A stretch of 64,000 nt of DNA from Armatimonadota bacterium (GCA_041690135.1 JAWLHY010000002.1:528342-592341), one strand, 5' to 3'. Shown: positions 20,055-29,350, numbered from the stretch's first letter. Numbers and translations: made by a program. Notes: generated from the letters alone by a model not told the origin.

Positions 20055-20854
20055 GACACGGAGACACAGAGGGCACACGGAGAGGAATGCGGAGAATTAA
20101 TCATCCACCCTTCCAAAGGCATTTCCCGACCCCTCACAGCCCCCCACCGGCCATCTCCGTGTTGACGTCCGGACCACCACAGGCTCGATGATTTGGAAGC
20201 TGCCGTGGTGAATCCGACAGAGGTCATGCGTCTTGCCGCGGAGTCCGAGAGATATCTCGGCAAGTACCCCCGTCAAGACTCCTCGCCGGCAGCCCGCCTG
20301 CACCCATCAACCCATCCGACGACCATCCTCACAGGTTGCTCCAGCCGGAGAGAGAACGCGAAATCGCGAAAGAACGAAGGACGCGAAAAGGGACAGCCCC
20401 TTCATCCTTCCGCCCACTACGGGCCGTACTGGGTTCATCCTTCTACAACGCCACCTCAGGTGACCCCCAGGGGCCTATGCACAGAATACACACAATACAC
20501 AAAACCCCTGGTCGCTTGCTACACAAAACTACACACAATTCGCTCGCGAAAGCTTCACCCGAGCCAACGGACCCGACCGGGAACTCTTCACCGTCACAGT
20601 CAACTAACCAGGCAGAGAAAACGCGCAAACGCGAGATGCCCTAGAGGGAGTCCTCCACGCGGAAGGGAAAGCCAGGAACACGAAATCACGAGAGAACGAA
20701 CGCACGAAAGACAGTTACCCCTTTCACCCTTCATCCTTCCGACTTCATCCTTCCGAAGCCCGTCATTCCGAGCCGCAAACTGTCTTGTGGTGCGGGAAAC
20801 GCCCGCATGCGAGGAACCTCTCACCGCCTCCAGAACGCCGCACCAGCAACCCGG

Positions 20855-21145
20855 GCCCGGCGGGCCGGGCAATTGTGATCCCCCCGGGTACCCGGGGCAC
20901 CCGTGGAGCGGGTCGGGTGGTGGGATAGCTCGAAGTGTCCGGTCCGCCACCCGTACACGCCCGGAAAGAGAGACCACGCCCGACTGCAGCGCGGGTAGAG
21001 TGACTGGGGCGCACGCCGAAGCCAGCCGCTAGCGACGGCCGGGTACCCACGATGTGGGTGGGGTGAGCGGGCAGGGAGCGTGAAAGGCCGAGCGCAGGCC
21101 AGAATCGCGTGAGGGTGGTGGACCGGACACAAGGGATGGGGGGAC
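20855..21145 (+). ncRNA. Structured non-coding element, copy 1 (unassigned)
   Basis: Shares ordered blocks with 24008-24290, including a ~75-nt nearly identical core; helix-preserving differences between copies. Confidence 0.6.
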
Positions 21146-21333
21146 TTACGCGGCAGCCGGAATGTGCACCAAAGCGACCATGCCACAGAGCGCTTCAGTC
21201 CCTGGATAAGCACCGAGAGCACCCATACCGCGACGGTCTCAACCCACGCCAACAGCCAACCTGACGCTACGTTCCACCAGTTCTCCAGCCCGATTGAGAA
21301 CGGGCTTCGCGCCCTAGGGCAAGAAAACCCGCC

Positions 21334-21846
21334 ATGAGACCGACACCCCCAACGAAAAGCTCCCTCACCGAGACCCGGCAACTCTGGCTGGACTTCTGGA
21401 CCCTCTTCGACGCCCGCCTTGCTGCCACCCCAGGCCACTCGTTGGCCCGGCGCAAACCTCAACCGAAACACTGGCTGAACTGGGGACTGGGAAACGGCAA
21501 CTGCTTCCTGGGAGTCCGCGGTCGCATCGATGAGGGCTGGCTTGCGGTCAACCTCTGGATCGATACCGGGGACGCGGCAGCCTCCTGGGCCCTCTTCGAG
21601 GCGTTGGAAGCACAGTGCGCGGCGATCGAGTCGGAACTGCGCCTGGTAGCTGGCGAACGGCTGGAGTGGCACCGCAAAGAGCATGCCCGGTCCAGCGAGA
21701 TCCTGCTGCGCCACGACTGGAACCTGGCGGATCGCAACTCCTGGCCGGACGCCCTGGACTGGCTGGCCCATCGGACTTTGGATTTTCACCACGTTCTCGC
21801 CGACCGGGTTCAACCAAAGTGCCCTAGCGCTGTGCCTTCAACTTGA
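21334..21846 (+). CDS. DUF4268-like protein
   Basis: FWTLF, PQPKHW, FEALEAQCAAIESEL, LEW, NSWPDALDWL pattern. Confidence 0.75.
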   Translation: MRPTPPTKSSLTETRQLWLDFWTLFDARLAATPGHSLARRKPQPKHWLNWGLGNGNCFLGVRGRIDEGWLAVNLWIDTGDAAASWALFEALEAQCAAIESELRLVAGERLEWHRKEHARSSEILLRHDWNLADRNSWPDALDWLAHRTLDFHHVLADRVQPKCPSAVPST

Positions 21847-23050
21847 TCAGGATCTTGAGCAGTTCCGCAGCGCACGCGCGTGCCTTCTCCTCGGTGTCGC
21901 AGGCACTGGAAGAAACGCGATGGACAAACGCCCCCTCGTTCTTGAACATGCTCACTCGCTGCTCTGCCTCAACTGGGGTCTCCCGGTGAACGGTTCCCCC
22001 ATCTACTTCTACAATCATCAGCACCCGGTCGCTGAACAAGACGAAGTCGGGTTCGATACGGGCGTAAGATTCGCCTCCCCGCAGAAATACGGGCAACGGA
22101 GCCATCGTGATTCCGGTGCGCTTCAGTGCGTGATAGAGATAGATCTCTGGTTGAGAGCGAAAGAGCAGGCCGTCCTCCTGCCGCGCCGCGATGTTGGTCG
22201 AGCGTACCCGGCCCTGGTTGTTGATCCCCTCGCCGTTCAGCCAATGGAGGGCCTCTTCCCGGATCTGCGGAGCAGACTGAACGGCAGCCGATATGTGAAC
22301 CGCCTCTAGCCAGTGCGCAGGCACCCCTTTGAAGAGTTCCTGGAGCGCTTCCCGGATTTCACGTTCGCACTCCTCGATATCGCTCGCCGACAGCTGCCCG
22401 TAAAGCCGTGGGGTGACCCGCACCGAGTACATCCAACCATAGGTGCCGCCGTCGTAGTTGTCGTAGCGCCAATTGGTGAATGAGCACTCCTCGGCGAATG
22501 TTAGAATTGCGACCTCACGCGCGGCACCCCGGCCCATGAACACTTGGATAAGTGTATCGGCCAGGGCGCGGGGCTCAAAAGGGGGTTCTGGCTCCGTTGA
22601 TCGGCCGGTCGGCACCAGACGTGCCTGTGGCGTGATCTCCACGAGCTTGAAAAGCGGACGGCCTGCAATCTGGCCTTGCTGTTGGAGTTCGCAGTTGTCC
22701 AGTTGGAGAAAGGCGTTGATCTCGCCTACCAGCCCTGTCACATCCTCTTGAGGTTGTGTCACGCCTGGGTGCACACACATCTCCAAAAACTTCGCGAACA
22801 CCTCGTGATCTGTCCGCGGAAGGTCGAGGTAATCGTTGAGCAGGTAATCATGATCCCAATCATCGTTGAAGACCATGTGCTGGTTGATATCAGCCTCTGC
22901 AGTCTCGAACCGACCGTCGGTCGACGGCATTGTACGGAGGTCCCAAATTCGCCTCAGGAAGCTGACCAGGCCAACTCGGCCATGGAAGGGTCGCGGCTGG
23001 AGTAGTAGCAGATCAACGAGGTCGCGGCGGGTGAGTTCAGAAATGGACAC
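21824..23050 (-). CDS. AbiJ N-terminal-like domain fused to a C-terminal PD-(D/E)xK (DUF559/Vsr-like) nuclease
   Basis: ISELTRRDL...FLRRIWDLRTMPSTDGRF..AEADINQHM..NDDW; C-terminal FRSQPE, EPDF, IVEVDGGTVH. Confidence 0.75.
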   Translation of the reverse strand: MSISELTRRDLVDLLLLQPRPFHGRVGLVSFLRRIWDLRTMPSTDGRFETAEADINQHMVFNDDWDHDYLLNDYLDLPRTDHEVFAKFLEMCVHPGVTQPQEDVTGLVGEINAFLQLDNCELQQQGQIAGRPLFKLVEITPQARLVPTGRSTEPEPPFEPRALADTLIQVFMGRGAAREVAILTFAEECSFTNWRYDNYDGGTYGWMYSVRVTPRLYGQLSASDIEECEREIREALQELFKGVPAHWLEAVHISAAVQSAPQIREEALHWLNGEGINNQGRVRSTNIAARQEDGLLFRSQPEIYLYHALKRTGITMAPLPVFLRGGESYARIEPDFVLFSDRVLMIVEVDGGTVHRETPVEAEQRVSMFKNEGAFVHRVSSSACDTEEKARACAAELLKILIKLKAQR

Positions 23051-23398
23051 GTTTTCATGATACCAAACAAACAGTAGCTAGGCAAGAGAGCACGTGCCTG
23101 GACACCATAAGCGTGTCCGGATCTGCCGGCCCGGAAATGGCCAGTTGTTAGCACAAGGTCAACCCGCGAACCACCATGATCAGCCTCCGTCACAGCACCG
23201 ACAGGTGTCTGGCTCCGGACGGCGATCAACCGGGCGACCGGCTCGGTCGTGGGGGAGGTGAGATTCCAGTTCTCCTCTCCCGGGGAGTAGCACACCGTGC
23301 TAGGCAAAAGGGCTTCCCTGACAGTTGTTGGCCAATCGAGGGAAGATATGCTGGCGAACAGCCGTAAGGATGACACCAACTGCGCTGAGGAGTTAGCC

Positions 23399-23719
23399 AT
23401 GAGCAATCCCTACAAGCCTGGGCGACCATTCAATCACGACCGAACCCCAGCCCCGAAGATAGCTGGCACCTACTGGTGGAACAACCCGGACGGTTCGCGA
23501 GCATACCAGGGAATCTCCAATAGTTTGGCGCGCCGTATCGGAGAGCACTGCGATAGTGGAAAGATTCCTCTAGGCACCACAATGCACTACATGGTGGCCG
23601 ACGAAGACGCAGATTATGAGGCTCTTCGGGAGCACGAGCGCAGGAAGTGTAAGCAACACCAGCCTACGGACAACAAGAGAGGGGGCGGAGGGGGGCGAAC
23701 ACCCAAGGGTGATAAGTGA
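23399..23719 (+). CDS. Small GIY-YIG-like nuclease
   Basis: AGTYWW...AYQGISNSLARRIGEH, conserved E in ALREHE, N in PTDNKR; GAGGAG upstream. Confidence 0.7.
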   Translation: MSNPYKPGRPFNHDRTPAPKIAGTYWWNNPDGSRAYQGISNSLARRIGEHCDSGKIPLGTTMHYMVADEDADYEALREHERRKCKQHQPTDNKRGGGGGRTPKGDK

Positions 23720-24007
23720 CCAGCGCATGGTTTGTTGACTTCCAAAGCCAAAACTTGCCCTTTCGCTGTGGTTGTGTTCCTGCGCAGGCAGGCATCCCGA
23801 AGGGCTGGGGAGCGACGCGGATTTCATCCCATCGCGAGACGAGACCACTGCAGTTGCGCTGTCACTACACTGCACTGGCCGGAACACACTCTTCCGGTCG
23901 ATCCCTAGGGCGGCCGACAGCGCCAACGGCAGCGAACCGCCATTCCACGTCCGTTCGGGTCACGATAAAGGCGCTCAATACGGTCCACGAAGGGGTGTGA
24001 ATCCGAC

Positions 24008-24290
24008 GCCCGGCAAAGCCGGGCAATTGTGATCTCCCCGGAGGGGGGATAGCTCGAAGATTTACGCCCCCTCGGGGTGCGCCGGGTCGCCGCCCGTCCA
24101 CGCCACGACTGGGCCAAGCGCCTGTTAGCAGCGCGGAACGCAGGTCCTGGTTTGCACGCCGAAGCCGGCCGCTAGCGACGGCCGGGTACCCACGAAGTGG
24201 GTGGGGCTGGCGGGCAGGGAGCGTGAAAGGCCGAGCGGAGGCTAGTTCCGCGGGAGGGTGGCGGCCCAAGGCAAGGGCTGGGGGCGACCC
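24008..24290 (+). ncRNA. Structured non-coding element, copy 2 (unassigned)
   Basis: Diverged direct repeat of 20855-21145. Confidence 0.6.
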
Positions 24291-24864
24291 CATGGTAGTC
24301 GCAATAGGAAACAAAACAACATACAGGAAGCTTCGTCAACTCGCGGACTAGGGGGCTCGCCCTATCTCTGCTGGGTAAACTCAAGTCGGTTGCGGCGGCA
24401 AGACTCTCCGCTTACGAGCCAACTTCCCTGACCAGGGGGCTCGCCACGTCGGTAACGGCGGCAAGATTTCCCACCGCGGTTCACCTTTGAAACTGCGGGT
24501 CTTGACCCGCGAAGTCGGCGCCCTGACCTCCCTCCTCGCGATGACGTCGTCTCCCTTTCGCAATTTCGCGTTTTCGTGTTGGCCCACGCAGCGTCTAATT
24601 ACAGGTCCCGCGACCACTGGCGCCAGATCGTGCTTGCCAGGGGTCATCAACCCCAGCACAGGGCAAGCACGGCGGCTGCCCCTACATTCCCCGTTTCCAT
24701 CCCGAGACGGAGAGCTCAACAACCCAACCTTTCGAGCGCCCCACAGCCCCTTTCCCCAATTTCCCTTTAATCTGCGCAATCTGTGGCTCCCTCCTTTCCC
24801 TTCCAATGCCCGTGCCCGCACTCGCCCTCTCCTTATCGTAATCCTCATCCTTATCGGCGCGGCC

Positions 24865-24893
24865 TTGACGCACCCGCGGGCCTTTGGTACAAC
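24865..24893 (+). promoter_or_regulatory. Sigma70-type promoter of the FHA-PP2C-kinase operon
   Basis: TTGACG-17 bp-TACAAC with an extended TG. Confidence 0.5.
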
Positions 24894-24951
24894 CGAGGGA
24901 GTTGGCCGCCTTCACCAACCGGCGCTCCGGCCATCCCCGAGATCACCCTCC

Positions 24952-25473
24952 ATGGAAAACGGCAACTTCATGCTCTGGCTGGCCTGGTTCGCCTTCGGGA
25001 CCGGCCTCGTTTACGTGCTCTGGAAGCGCTATTTGCCGGCCGTGCTGCAGCCGCTCCCCGAGCGGGCCGACGCTCCCGGAGCGGAGGCGCTGGAGAGTGG
25101 GGCCCCTGCCGCGCCGCCGGCGCCCGCGGCGTGGCTCTACTGCGAGGAGGGGACCGTGCTCGACCGGAAGGCGGAGTGGTTCGCGCTGCGACCGGGAGGG
25201 CAGACGGTGATCGGCCGCCGGCCCCGCGCCGCCACGAGCGAGACCCTATTCATCTTTCTGAATGCGGAGGACATTCGCGAGGACCATGTCCGGGTGACTT
25301 TCGACCCGGCCGAGCAGCGCTACCGGGTGGAGGCCCTGCCACAGGCTCTGGTCTTGCATAATAACGAGAAACTGGAGCCGGGCGAGCGGGTGCGCCTTTC
25401 GGATGGCGATACGCTCGACCTGGGCCGAATCTCGCGTTTCCGCTTTACCCTCACCGGACCGGAGGAAGACTGA
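24952..25473 (+). CDS. Membrane-anchored FHA-domain protein
   Basis: N-terminal TM; TVIGR, H in REDHV, RLSDGDTLDLG. Confidence 0.75.
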   Translation: MENGNFMLWLAWFAFGTGLVYVLWKRYLPAVLQPLPERADAPGAEALESGAPAAPPAPAAWLYCEEGTVLDRKAEWFALRPGGQTVIGRRPRAATSETLFIFLNAEDIREDHVRVTFDPAEQRYRVEALPQALVLHNNEKLEPGERVRLSDGDTLDLGRISRFRFTLTGPEED

Positions 25474-26906
25474 TGCCGCGCGCGCTCGTTGCCCTCGCCT
25501 ATAAAACCCAGGCGGGTCACCGGCACCAGGTGGAGGGGCTGGCGAATGAGGATGCCGTCTTCGTTACCTCGGAGCACCCGCTGTTCGATGCGGTGCTGAT
25601 GGTGGCGGACGGGATGGGCGGCCATCCGCGCCCGCAGGAGGCCTCTGCGGAGGCGGTGCGGATGGCGCGGGAGGTGCTGTTCGACCGCCGCCGGATGGAA
25701 GATGCCGGAAGTATCTCGCGCCTCCTCCAGGGGACGCTGCGCCTGGCGCACCAGGCGGTGCGGCGGCTCCACACCGGTTCGGGCCGGCCTCCCGGCACCA
25801 CGCTCAGCCTGGCGGTGGTAGCCGAGGGGGTGCTCCACGTCGCCCACATCGGGGACGGCTCCGTGTTCCTGCTGCACGAAGGGCAGGTCCGCGCCCTGGC
25901 CGGTGGGGAAGACCGCCGCCAGGGCAACCGCCCCTCCCAGTATCTCGGCCAGGAGGACGCCCTGGAGCCGGAAGTATGCCGTCTGCCGCTCGCGGAGGGG
26001 GACCGGCTGCTGCTCTGCACGGACGGCCTCACCCGCTACTTTCAGGAAGCCGGACCGGAAGCCCTGGAACGGGTGCTGGGGCGGCCCGCCATCCAGCCGG
26101 AGGCGATCGTCGCGCAACTGCTCGCCCACAGTCGCCCCGCCCGCTACGACGATGACACCACCGTGGCCCTGCTGGAGGTCACCTCCCTCACGGACGCTCC
26201 GCGGACCTCGTCCCGGCCTCGCCCCACCGACTCGCTTCCGCCCCCGCCTCCCTCTCTCGCTGTGGAGAACACCATGCCCCCGCCTCCCGCCGCCCCCCGG
26301 TCTTCCGGCTTCTCCCTGCCTGGCCTGCTGGGCGCGATGGTCGCCGGAGCTGCTCTGCTGGCCGCCGGGTTCGCGGCCGGCCGGATGACGGTCCCGCCCC
26401 CGCAGGTGACGGTCCGCCCCCAGGCGGCTTCTCCCCGCCAGCCCGTCTCGCCGGAGGAACTGCGCAAGCTGCCCGCGGGCAACCTGGTCCTGGTGGACAG
26501 CCTGGGGAACCGCATCTTCGCGCTCGGGACGCGGGGCGGCAATCTCGGCTCGAGCCCCGTGGAGCTGGTGGGGTATCAGGTCACGGCGAACGGGCGATTG
26601 GCCCCGGCCGGCAAGTACCGGCTCGACCCGGTACGCCAGGAGCTCACGGACGGCGAAGGGCAGCGTTATCCCGTAGAAGTAGACCCCCGCTCCGGCGCTG
26701 TCCGGGTGCTGCGGGGTGGGGTGCTCTCCGTGGCCGTGGGCGCTCCCCAGGCGCGCGTCTTCGTAGACGACCGGCTCATCGGCACCGGGCCGCAGCAACT
26801 GCGGGTACCCGCGGGCCGGCACCGGGTGCGGGTGGAGACCGCCGGCTGGTCGACGGAAAGCGAAGTGGACGTCCCGGCCGGTCGCACGGTACGGTTACAA
26901 CTATGA
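25473..26906 (+). CDS. PP2C-family Ser/Thr phosphatase with TM segment and C-terminal PEGA domain
   Basis: NED, VADGMGG, HIGD, LCTDGL, DDTT; PEGA-like ARVFVDDRLIG..P....VPAGRHRVRV. Confidence 0.9.
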   Translation: MPRALVALAYKTQAGHRHQVEGLANEDAVFVTSEHPLFDAVLMVADGMGGHPRPQEASAEAVRMAREVLFDRRRMEDAGSISRLLQGTLRLAHQAVRRLHTGSGRPPGTTLSLAVVAEGVLHVAHIGDGSVFLLHEGQVRALAGGEDRRQGNRPSQYLGQEDALEPEVCRLPLAEGDRLLLCTDGLTRYFQEAGPEALERVLGRPAIQPEAIVAQLLAHSRPARYDDDTTVALLEVTSLTDAPRTSSRPRPTDSLPPPPPSLAVENTMPPPPAAPRSSGFSLPGLLGAMVAGAALLAAGFAAGRMTVPPPQVTVRPQAASPRQPVSPEELRKLPAGNLVLVDSLGNRIFALGTRGGNLGSSPVELVGYQVTANGRLAPAGKYRLDPVRQELTDGEGQRYPVEVDPRSGAVRVLRGGVLSVAVGAPQARVFVDDRLIGTGPQQLRVPAGRHRVRVETAGWSTESEVDVPAGRTVRLQL

Positions 26907-27625
26907 CGCCCCGACCCGGAACAGTACTCACCACTGAGAACGGCCAGCAGGTCCAGGTCGCCAACTGGCAGGGCGAAGGCTCGTTCGCGCACGTCTTCCG
27001 CGCGCAGTACAACCGCACGGCCGGCCCCTGCGCCCTCAAGATCGCCAAGCCGGAGATCCCCGACGCCACCCACCGGCTGATCGCTCAGAGGGACACACTG
27101 GCCGGGATCCGGCATCCGGCGGTCGTGACTCTCCTCGATTGGGGCGCTTACAACTCCACGCCGTTTCTGGTCCTGGAGTGGCTGGAGGGGGACACCCTTC
27201 ACGACGTGCTCGCTTCCCGGCGGCGGCTCCCGCTCCGGCAGTCCCTCGACATCCTGGAGTGTATCCTGGACGGCCTCACGGGTCTCCACGCGGCCGGCCG
27301 CTACCACGGCGACGTGCGCTGCTCCAACATGCTGCTGGTGCCCGGTCGCGGCGCGGTGCTCACCGACCCCGGCTCTCCCGAAGGCTTCGACCGCGACGCT
27401 GCCGCCCACGACACCGGCGCCTCCCCCGCCAGCGACGTCGCCGCCGCGGGCCGCATCCTCCACCGCCTGCTTACCGGCGAAGACCCCGGCCCCGAGCCCC
27501 GCCTCCACCCCCGCGCCGGCTACAACCCCCGCGCCGTCGAGCTCTGGCAGCAAACCCAGGACCCTAACCCACCCACCGCCGAGCACCTCCTCGCCCAAAC
27601 GAGAGCCCTGCGAACATCTTTGTAG
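26903..27625 (+). CDS. Short Ser/Thr protein kinase (atypical motifs)
   Basis: GEGSFAHV, ALK, HPAVV, HGDVRCSN, DPG; no APE motif. Confidence 0.8.
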   Translation: MTPRPGTVLTTENGQQVQVANWQGEGSFAHVFRAQYNRTAGPCALKIAKPEIPDATHRLIAQRDTLAGIRHPAVVTLLDWGAYNSTPFLVLEWLEGDTLHDVLASRRRLPLRQSLDILECILDGLTGLHAAGRYHGDVRCSNMLLVPGRGAVLTDPGSPEGFDRDAAAHDTGASPASDVAAAGRILHRLLTGEDPGPEPRLHPRAGYNPRAVELWQQTQDPNPPTAEHLLAQTRALRTSL

Positions 27626-27843
27626 ACCAAGGGGTTTGTGCAAATAACAGAGCAGGTACGAATTCCCATTACACGGCCGACACCCACTGCGTGGGTACCC
27701 GGCGCCGTCACTCCGGCAAACCTTACTGACCTTCACTGAGAATCAGGCTCGTGCCGAGTAGTCAAGGACTATTCAGATATTTCCCCCAACTCCTAGATCG
27801 GCAGCCGCCATAGCCAACCCAATCCACCACCTGCTCCAGACCT

Positions 27844-28003
27844 CACGCATCACGCATTACGCATTACGCACAGCCCGAGGCACACCCTCTGCCCCCGCAG
27901 CCGCCTCGCACGTAAGCTTCACGTTTGACGCATCATGCATCACGCAACACGCATCACGCACAGTCCGAGGTAGTCCCCCTGCCCCCGCACCTGCCTCGCA
28001 CGA
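27844..28003 (+). repeat. Two 90-bp-period units of CGCATCA-type heptamers followed by a CGAGG...CCTCG hairpin
   Basis: CAGCCCGAGG at 27871 and CAGTCCGAGG at 27961, each followed by CTGCCCCCGCA...GCCTCGCACG. Confidence 0.75.
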
Positions 28004-28014
28004 GCAAGAAACTA

Positions 28015-28437
28015 ATGGATTCCAGGGAAATCGATCGCCGCCGCAAGCGCACGGGCCGGCTTGGTGAGCTCGAGGCATTGGATGAACTCGAGCGACGGGG
28101 CTATCATATTCTGGAGCGGAACTACCGCTGCCGCCGGGGAGAGGCCGACCTGGTTGCCGAGGAAGGGGAGACCCTGGTTTTCGTCGAGGTGAAGACGCGG
28201 GCCGAGCTGGGCCATGGCCTTCCCCGTGAGGCCGTGGACCGCACGAAGCAGCGGCGCCTGGTGCACGCTGCGCTGCGCTACTGCCACGACCACCAGGTGG
28301 AAGAGCGTCCCGTCCGCTTCGACGTGGTGGAAGTCGTGCTCCTCCGGGGGCAGGTGGCGGGCGTGGAAGTAATTCCGGACGCCTTTGTGCCGGAGAGTGT
28401 GGAGTCCGGCGGCGGATATGGACTAATGGAGGGGTAA
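28015..28437 (+). CDS. yraN: YraN (UPF0102) endonuclease-like protein
   Basis: GRLGE, ILERNYR..RGEADLV, LVFVEVKTR, RFDVV. Confidence 0.9.
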   Translation: MDSREIDRRRKRTGRLGELEALDELERRGYHILERNYRCRRGEADLVAEEGETLVFVEVKTRAELGHGLPREAVDRTKQRRLVHAALRYCHDHQVEERPVRFDVVEVVLLRGQVAGVEVIPDAFVPESVESGGGYGLMEG

Positions 28438-28477
28438 GCCCCTTCAGAAACGCGCGCGCGAGGATCAAAATCTACCT

Positions 28478-28864
28478 GTGCAGTCTGTAGACCCCCATCG
28501 CAGCCATTCCCATCACCGCCCCCTTCTGTTCCGCAAGGTCAGCGACGAAGGGGTGCTGATCAGCTTCCTCTGTCTCCTGGATCTGATCACCACGCTCTAC
28601 TGGGTCTCCCAGGGCCAGGCCCGGGAAGGGAACCCCGTCCTGGCGTTCTACCTCGACCAGGGCAGCGTGCCGTTCATCGCCGTCAAGCTCTTCATGTTCG
28701 TCCCCTCGGTCATCATGGCGGAGTGGTACCGGCCTCGTAACCCGGTGCTCATCACGCGAGCCATGCGCTGGGTCTGCGTCGGTTACGTGTTCATCTACGT
28801 GGCCGGCGTCTTCTCGCACCAGGGCCGCGTCCTGGAGTTCTACCGGAAACTGCTGGTTGGCTGA
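28478..28864 (+). CDS. DUF5658-like membrane protein
   Basis: LDLITT...EGNP...VK pattern in hydrophobic helices. Confidence 0.7.
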   Translation: MQSVDPHRSHSHHRPLLFRKVSDEGVLISFLCLLDLITTLYWVSQGQAREGNPVLAFYLDQGSVPFIAVKLFMFVPSVIMAEWYRPRNPVLITRAMRWVCVGYVFIYVAGVFSHQGRVLEFYRKLLVG

Positions 28865-29159
28865 AACGGTCGATCTCCGCGTCCATGTGCAGCCGCGCGC
28901 CTCCCGCAGCGAAGTCGTCGGGTGGCGCGCGGGCTCCCTGGCCCTGCGCCTCACCGCGCCTCCCGTGGAAGGCGCAGCTAACAAAGCCTGTCGCGAGTTC
29001 CTCGCGGAAGTCCTCGGCGTCCGCCGCGCCGACGTCGAGCTCGTCTCCGGTGAAAAATCCCGCGAGAAGCGGTTCCGCATCACCGGCCTCACTGAAGCCG
29101 AACTCCACCGCCGCCTGGAACCCCACGTTAAAAGGATGAAGGGGCCGGAGGCGGATTAG
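28857..29159 (+). CDS. DUF167 (YggU/UPF0235) protein
   Basis: VQPRAS, TAPPVEGAAN, GEKSREK. Confidence 0.9.
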   Translation: MAETVDLRVHVQPRASRSEVVGWRAGSLALRLTAPPVEGAANKACREFLAEVLGVRRADVELVSGEKSREKRFRITGLTEAELHRRLEPHVKRMKGPEAD

Positions 29160-29350
29160 GATGGGGATTACGATTAGGATAAGGATTCCGGTCCCATCCG
29201 CTTCCCTCGTCCAATACGCGGATCGCTGTCCTCATCCTAATCCAAGTCCTAATCGGCCGAAGGCCTCGAATCCTTTCCTCTCCCCGTCGTATCCATCTCG
29301 CTGTGAGGGGTCCGGTAAAACCGGGCACTCTGAGTTGGGAGGGAACGACC

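Noticed and set aside
20193-21032. 279-aa ORF over the repeat-rich region and element copy 1
   Set aside because: Low-complexity translation of micro-repeats; frame not conserved in copy 2
24074-24085. GTGCG in copy 2 as a group II intron 5' end
   Set aside because: Absent from copy 1; no domain V or reverse transcriptase in the window
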